Both the position numbers and the translations under genes were made by a program. Below, piece by piece: positions 48,595 to 56,211 of a stretch of 56,211 nt of DNA. Origin of the DNA: Octopus bimaculoides (Eukaryota); the NCBI RefSeq assembly GCF_001194135.2, contig NC_068995.1, positions 18,547,419 to 18,603,629 of the forward strand, written 5' to 3'. The notes under the pieces were generated by a model that saw only the letters and a program-made list of their open reading frames with translations, searched no databases and was not told the DNA's origin. Numbering within the stretch: the stretch's first letter is position 1; each line of letters opens with the position of its first letter.

Positions 48595-50177
48595 GCGTGT
48601 GTGCGTGTGTATAGGCTTGTGTAGGTTCATATAACTTCACGAAATACAAGAATAATCTATAGCACATAAGAGAATTAAAGTAGTGTTTTATTGAAATCTA
48701 CATTGGTTTTCCAATGAACGAATGTCAATATATCAACACTCATGGAAACACACGTACGGAAAGGCGCTCATACATGTATTTACAGTTATGTACATGCATA
48801 AATATACACATACACACTCACACACACATACACGGATAAATATACACGCATACAAACACAGACTGAGTAAGAGAGAGATATGCATACACATTTTAGTTTC
48901 TATTTATTTGAGTATACGTTCTTGAATGAATATTGCTGAATCGCTCACTCTTTCCCTCTACCTCTTCTTTTATCTCTCCTTATGTGTGTGTGTATATATA
49001 TATATATAGCTATCTCTCTATACATACATATTGTATATGTATATATATATGTGTATGTGTGTGTGTGCATAACACTCTCTGCCTCTCCATGTGTATGCAT
49101 ATATACACATATACAAACACACGCACATATATATACAACGCTCTCTCTCTCTCCCTCTCTCTATATATGCATATATATATATATATATATANNNNNNNNN
49201 NNNNNNNNNNNNNNNNNNNNNNNNNNNNNNNNNNNNNNNNNNNNNNNNNNNNNNNNNNNNNNNNNNNNNNNNNNNNNNNNNNNNNNNNNNNNNNNNNNNN
49301 NNNNNNNNNNNNNNNNNNNNNNNNNNNNNNNNNNNNNNNNNNNNNNNNNNNNNNNNNNNNNNNNNNNNNNNNNNNNNNNNNNNNNNNNNNNNNNNNNNNN
49401 NNNNNNNNNNNNNNNNNNNNNNNNNNNNNNNNNNNNNNNNNNNNNNNNNNNNNNNNNNNNNNNNNNNNNNNNNNNNNNNNNNNNNNNNNNNNNNNNNNNN
49501 NNNNNNNNNNNNNNNNNNNNNNNNNNNNNNNNNNNNNNNNNNNNNNNNNNNNNNNNNNNNNNNNNNNNNNNNNNNNNNNNNNNNNNNNNNNNNNNNNNNN
49601 NNNNNNNNNNNNNNNNNNNNNNNNNNNNNNNNNNNNNNNNNNNNNNNNNNNNNNNNNNNNNNNNNNNNNNNNNNNNNNNNNNNNNNNNNNNNNNNNNNNN
49701 NNNNNNNNNNNNNNNNNNNNNNNNNNNNNNNNNNNNNNNNNNNNNNNNNNNNNNNNNNNNNNNNNNNNNNNNNNNNNNNNNNNNNNNNNNNNNNNNNNNN
49801 NNNNNNNNNNNNNNNNNNNNNNNNNNNNNNNNNNNNNNNNNNNNNNNNNNNNNNNNNNNNNNNNNNNNNNNNNNNNNNNNNNNNNNNNNNNNNNNNNNNN
49901 NNNNNNNNNNNNNNNNNNNNNNNNNNNNNNNNNNNNNNNNNNNNNNNNNNNNNNNNNNNNNNNNNNNNNNNNNNNNNNNNNNNNNNNNNNNNNNNNNNNN
50001 NNNNNNNNNNNNNNNNNNNNNNNNNNNNNNNNNNNNNNNNNNNNNNNNNNNNNNNNNNNNNNNNNNNNNNNNNNNNNNNNNNNNNNNNNNNNNNNNNNNN
50101 NNNNNNNNNNNNNNNNNNNNNNNNNNNNNNNNNNNNNNNNNNNNNNNNNNNNNNNNNNNNNNNNNNNNNNNNNNNNN

Positions 50178-50215
<38 letters not shown>

Positions 50216-52014
50216 TACACTATCTGTGACCCGTTGGACCACCGGAAAACTCTGTATCTGAGGATTTTTCTTTTCCAAGTTATTTCGCATGCTTTCAATG
50301 AATCTGACATCGAAATCACGCATAAACAGCTCCTTTCCTCCAGGAAAAGAAATATTTGGCTGCTATTTCTCGCACACCCTGCTACCACGTTACAAGTATG
50401 CTGGATCTTTTATCGCAAATAGCTGTTACGTAGTAGTAGGGCGTGCTAGAAATAGTAGCTAATTCTTTGGAAGTGAGATAACGTTCAATGTGCTCGAAAA
50501 AATTCCTAGGGAATAAAACTATTTCACAGCGAGTTTACGAAGTTCATGATGTATCTGTGTTTATGTATGAATGCATGTATGTATGTATGTATGTATGTAT
50601 GTATGTATGTATGTATGTATGTATGTATGTATGTATATGCATGTATGTATGTATGTATGTATGTATATATGTATGTATGCATTATGTATGTATGCGAGCA
50701 TTTACGTATGTAAGTGTGTAGACGTGTCTTAGTGTGTGTATATGCGTATGTATATGTAAACGTATATTCATGTAATGACATGTGTGTCTGTTCAAGTTGT
50801 ACATATGGCTGTTAACCTGTCGAAGGTTGTATGTATATACATTTACTGTAAAAAAAACACAAATCGTAATTTTTCGTTGTCAAATCAATCTAATCGAAAG
50901 GTTAGAGTTTCTTCCCTTTCAGGATGAAGTTAAATTCAGACCATTATGCACCAGTTTGTGTGGGTAAAATTGCAAGCAAGCAATCAGAATTGAAACTGAC
51001 TTTTAATGTATGATATGTTGCCTTTTGATATGGTACCCACATCAGCGGAAGTCCGTAAGAGGGAGAGTTAGTCGCCCTTTCTGTCCGAACACTGGGTAGC
51101 ACCTAAGTCTTCCGAGCCAAGGAAATGGTAAGGACGTCGGCAGCAGGATGTTGGTTTACCAAGAAGACGGAAGAGACTTAGAGCAACAGTTCTTGCAGCC
51201 AAGTGCCAACTATCAAGTAAGCTACTATTGTAAGGCAGTCACAACGTCGACGACGCTTATTGTACTATTACCTACCACATGATGCTTCGCGTGGATGCCC
51301 AGAGAAGCAGTCTTTTGAGTGTAAGATAGCGAATACCTTACTCACCGTCCTAGAGAAGTGTAAAGACTTGTGGTGGCAGAGCAAATGAGAGGCTGACAGG
51401 TTTAAGTAAATTAGACCTGCTAACAAGAGCACTGCTCCATGGACGAAATTATTACTAAATCTCTGAGTATCATCAGAGGCAGGTTTCTGAAAAGAATAAA
51501 GGTGTTCTATGTATGTGTATATATATATGTATAAATGTATGTATATATAAGTATATATATGTATGAATATATATTATATATATNNNNNNNNNNNNNNNNN
51601 NNNNNNNNNNNNNNNNNNNNNNNNNNNNNNNNNNNNNNNNNNNNNNNNNNNNNNNNNNNNNNNNNNNNNNNNNNNNNNNNNNNNNNNNNNNNNNNNNNNN
51701 NNNNNNNNNNNNNNNNNNNNNNNNNNNNNNNNNNNNNNNNNNNNNNNNNNNNNNNNATATATATTTATTTATATATATATATTTATTTATATGTATGTAT
51801 ATATGTGTGTGTGTGTGTTCTGTGTGTGTATGTGTGTGTGTGTGAGCTAGTTTTGGTGAAGCGTATATAAGTGTGTGTGTGAGAGAGATATTTAATGACA
51901 ATTACAGTTTTCCTTCTTGGCGATACATTGTTAAACCGGTGTACATTAGCGATTCACTAAACCATCCACAGATTTCTCTAGGTAGATTTATTTACAGGTG
52001 ACAATCTTTTCCAA

Positions 52015-52115
52015 AATATAGCTGCTGTCAGCCAAATTTTCTCACAAGCCATTAGTCGAGGTGGGACTATAGTAAAAGTGACTGACCCAAATTACCTTGT
52101 AGTGAAACTAAAACG
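52015..52115 (-). mobile_element. Old fragment of the microsatellite-containing SINE (5' body)
   Basis: TCTCACAAGCCATTAGTCGAGGTGGGACTATAGTAAAAGTGACTGACCCAA resembles the reverse complement of 11415-11465. Confidence 0.45.
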
Positions 52116-52169
52116 CATCTTACCCGTACCTGCGCTTATGTGCGTTCTATTTTGAGTATGCTTTTCTTC

Positions 52170-52480
52170 TGTGGTCTAATGAAATCGGAAAACGTTCGTT
52201 GGTTCCACAAGTTTCTGCCAATGATGTATTGTGTATGTTGTTTAAGAAATTCGATGGACTGCTCTTATTTAAGGTAAATTGTTTTGCATTTTGCTTTTAG
52301 ATTTGAAGCGTCCCTACAAAGAAATGTTTGTACCAATTACCTGATAATCAAAGTTTTCTATTCAATTTTACATATGCAAGGCTCTGCTGTATTTGTACTT
52401 AATATGCAGAACGCTCCCTTGAGGTATTTCCCATCAGCCATATTGTTGCTAAAAAATTAAATTGATACTTCCGCTCAAGT
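52170..52480 (-). mobile_element. Possible decayed Penelope-like RT fragment
   Basis: FLNNIHNTSLAETCGTNERFPISLD resembles the PLE RT motif LN.IHP.IKFT.E....LPFLD; weak. Confidence 0.3.
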
Positions 52481-53565
52481 ATACTTGATGTTCGTTTAAA
52501 TATTTGTTCACACATGAAGAGAACGGTGTAGGTTAATGCCTGCCAGCTATAACGGTTGAATGATTAATTGTTGTCAGTTCGCTAAATTTAGGTATTTAAT
52601 GCAAAAGTAGTTTAATTAATGAAGCATGCTTTTGACTTAAATATACAAAAAAATTCACTTCACCATAAAATTTACAAATTATTCATCAGTTAAATGTTAC
52701 ATTATGTAATATCATCATTCTTTCTCATAAAAGTCAAATAAATAGAAAATAACTTTACTAGTACAATACATTTATATGAAACTATTTAAGTTATATTTTT
52801 TTTTAATCTTCATAAAGTTTGTTTTATGGTACATAAATTTTAGCTACAAGACAAAATAAATTGGTTTATCTCATCTAAATAGGATAATTTTTGAACAATG
52901 TAATACTTTTTACCGAAATTTAATGAAATCATTTTGATAACAAAATTGATATTTTGCAAGTGAAAGGAATTAATTTACAAATGACCTGAAAAAAAAAAGC
53001 CTAACACATAATTACACTAAAGTAATACATTAATAATAATATCAATTTTAATGCTAAATCTATTTAATTCTAAATTACTTCTTCAATAGACGGTCTTTAT
53101 GTGCTTTTTTGCGTTGAATCTTCTTTATGTTTACAAAAGTAACAACATATCCTGACACGTACGTACACATACAGAAGTACACGCACACACACATTCACAC
53201 CATATATATTAATGAGAGCAAAACACAAAGAACACGAGAAACGGACGTTATTAGTATCATTAATGTAGCACAATGACAAAACGTCCGACAAAATACCATG
53301 AACTACTGAGTAGCGCATCTGCTGGTTGTGAGTTCAAATTCGGTAAAGGTCAGCCCTGCAATGTATCTTTTTAGAGTCGAGAAAGGGAAGCATAAACATG
53401 GTACTGATATTGAGGATGAAAGCTAGAATACTGGGTTCCATTTCGATAAACATATTTAAGACAATTAACCTTTTATCCCCAGTCGCTACTTTCGGAGGCC
53501 TATGAAACAACATATCATGAACATTATTTAGAGAGAAAAATTACCACTTCCTCAAAGCTATAATA

Positions 53566-53574
<9 letters not shown>

Positions 53575-53626
<52 letters not shown>
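53575..53626. repeat. (CA)n microsatellite
   Basis: Direct observation. Confidence 0.95.
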
Positions 53627-53628
<2 letters not shown>

Positions 53629-54322
53629 TATTCAGAAATTATAAGCAAAGAAACTCGTGTGTTAATTATTGGCATGATGACACTCTCATGATTGTCAACC
53701 TGTATTACAAGTAGTAAGTGAGAAATAGAGATGATGCGATACATGCTAACTAATGATTGAAAACATTTTGTAAGTGGAATGTTTTGTTTAATTAGATGAA
53801 TAATTATAAAGCTGGATGAACTTGTAAATTGAAAGGATCGGGAAGTTTACATAATTGACGTAGTTTTTCACCTTCAAAGATAGTCAAGCCTATGAGGAAT
53901 ATTTTCAGTCTTATTATTGAAATAACTTTCATCTGGTATTCATAATGGGTGTATCAAATATAAAATAGCTAATTCGTTAGTTGCATGTACTTTATGAATA
54001 AAGAAATTTACGTTTTATCAGCGAAGTGTATGTGATATATTAGAGTATTATGTTGAAACAAATTTCTTTATGCGTGGAGAATACTTTTAATGAAATAATA
54101 AGGTTTCACAACTTATATTTCCTTTGAATTTGTATAGTGAATTTGTTTCAACAGCTCAATGACATTTCCAAATTTACTTGCAAACAACGGAGAACAATCT
54201 AGAGCGTACGTCTATAAATATATATCTTAATATGTAGGCGTATATAAGTGCGATATATTTCGAGAAAAAATCGTATAGAATAATTTAACCGATGTGCTAG
54301 ATTTAGAATTTGATATCTGGAA

Positions 54323-54567
54323 CATTGATTCTCAACAAGGGTTCACATTGCCCTTGAGGGTTCATGTATCATTAAAAATTTTTGTGCAATAAATTGGTCA
54401 TACTTCTACAATACAGAAAATAGCTTAACAATTTTTATATAATTCATAGTAATACTTAGTTATCAAAAGAAAATAGGACTTTTTAAACGTCAAATGGCTA
54501 TGGGAGTCCTTCTGTGTGAAACAAGTATAAAGGGTGTTTATAAGAGGAAAATGGTTGAGAACCGATG
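54323..54567. mobile_element. Non-autonomous hAT (Charlie-type) MITE
   Basis: TIRs CATTGATTCTCAAC / GTTGAGAACCGATG (12/14 complementary). Flanking 8-mers ATCTGGAA (54315-54322) and ATCTAGAA (54568-54575) match 7/8, and the latter fits the Charlie target NTCTAGAN. Confidence 0.85.
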
Positions 54568-56178
54568 ATCTAGAAGTTCAATCGACACCTACGGTGAGTC
54601 TCGTCGACTAAAATTTATAGCTGCGTAGCCAGAGTTCGAACACATTTCACTTCACTTCAGCGTTGATATTTACAGTTTCAGCTCTTATTCTTTTATGATT
54701 GGCATTTCAAAAACAGTGTTCCAGTGACTAACTGCATGCAACATTCACGAAATACCATAGTCTTCACAAATATTAGGTAACACATGATAAATAACAAAGT
54801 GACAAAACAATTTCAGTATGTCCCATTTAAACAAAGAAAAATATGAAGGTATTTCTACTTTATTATTACAGTCATCTCAAAGTTTTCTACACAGTAGAGC
54901 ATGAATATTTTTCTATCCTAACAGTCTCCAGATATAATGTTCTTTTACATGTAGGCGATTACTTACATGTGAATAACTTTGATTTTGTGCTTTATTAAAC
55001 TCAGAATAACTATGCAGATTCCAATTGACATAAATCACTTCCAATTATGACTATTTCAAAATATAGTACCTCACAGTTTTATAAGCAAGTTGACTTAATA
55101 TAATTTTTATCTTATCACTAAAATATGATAAACGGGATAAGTGAAATGCAGTATCTTCAATATTTCACCATTAAGAATATTTTTCCTAGAACTCATTAAT
55201 TATTCAATAGAGCTCTTTAAATTGCTACTCTCTTTCTGATTTATATTTATACATATATAAATATACGTCTAAATGGTTATGTATGTACGAATTGCAATAT
55301 ATATATATATATATATATACATATNNNNNNNNNNNNNNNNNNNNNNNNNNNNNNNNNNNNNNNNNNNNNNNNNNNNNNNNNNNNNNNNNNNNNNNNNNNN
55401 NNNNNNNNNNNNNNNNNNNNNNNNNNNNNNNNNNNNNNNNNNNNNNNNNNNNNNNNNNNNNNNNNNNNNNNNNNNNNNNNNNNNNNNNNNNNNNNNNNNN
55501 NNNNNNNNNNNNNNNNNNNNNNNNNNNNNNNNNNNNNNNNNNNNNNNNNNNNNNNNNNNNNNNNNNNNNNNNNNNNNNNNNNNNNNNNNNNNTATATATA
55601 GTATGTATGTAAGTAACGTTCCATAGCGAATAGACACAAAAAATATATAAATTTATATATATAGATGTTTATAAATACCGCTGATGTATTTATATATGTA
55701 TGTGTATGTGTGTGGGTGTGTGTATGTGTGTGTCTCTGTGCGTAGGTATATGCATATGTATATATGTATATCTATGTGTGTATGCATGTATGTACATATG
55801 TATATATCTATACACAATCTTGCATACATTTTAGGCATACATTTATTTGTATATACATAAATACGTAAGCATAAGCATGTATACATACACATACAGACAG
55901 GACCGGACGCGCCGCGTACGCACATACACACACACTCACTCACACACACAATCTCTCACACACGCACGCACGCACGCACACGCTCACACACAAATACACA
56001 TACACACATATTGAATTCTATAATTATACGTAAATTTGTATATATGTATGTGCATTAATACGTAAGGGTATTTATGTATTTATGTCTGTATACTTACATG
56101 CATACCCCACCCCATATATATATATATGTATATATATATATGTATGTATGTATATATATATATATATTTATACATGCT

Positions 56179-56211
<33 letters not shown>

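Noticed and set aside
51130-51450. Possible R1/I-type LINE remnant (KAVTTSTTLIV; LWWQSK*)
   Set aside because: Similarity is too weak and fragmentary to call.
53310-53400. GTTGTGAGTTCAAATTC B-box-like SINE remnant
   Set aside because: Only ~20 nt resemble the SINE; the rest is not alignable by eye.
5201-55639. Long ORFs spanning N-runs (e.g. 5201-6077, 39393-40229, 40999-42090, 42592-43816, 48933-50422)
   Set aside because: They are open only because N codons are not stops; the flanks are (TA)n/(CA)n repeats.
1365-55949. ORFs rich in YI/VC/TH/LS/poly-I/poly-N/poly-D
   Set aside because: Translations of microsatellites; no coding signal.
1-56211. CRISPR array, prokaryotic operon or viral gene cluster
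   Set aside because: No regularly spaced repeat-spacer units and no dense ORFs; the sequence is eukaryotic non-coding DNA.

Overview
AT-rich, microsatellite-dense eukaryotic draft-assembly sequence with many N-gaps, nearly all opening next to (TA)n or other simple repeats. The tRNA-derived SINE families and the microsatellite load suggest an octopus/coleoid cephalopod genome; this is inference from recognised repeat types. I cannot support any intact host protein-coding gene, rRNA, tRNA or CRISPR array, and almost all ORFs in the supplied track are artefacts of microsatellites or N-runs. The identifiable content is a set of decayed mobile elements. (i) Two Tc1-superfamily transposase relics: one with DD36E spacing (Incomer-like) and one TRT-like 5' half. 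(ii) Two non-autonomous hAT/Charlie-type MITEs with recognisable TIRs and 8-bp TSDs. (iii) Non-LTR retrotransposon fragments: Hero-like, Dong/R4-like abutting a (TAA)n array, and RTE-like. (iv) Several Penelope-like (GIY-YIG) relics, including a divergently arranged N-terminus/GIY-YIG pair and two degenerate hammerhead-like motifs. (v) About a dozen SINE copies from at least three families. (vi) A ~650-bp imperfect foldback. Weak candidates for host function are a CpG-rich structured island at ~28.1-28.5 kb and a signal-peptide-like candidate exon at ~36.0 kb. I found no convincing novel multi-gene system.
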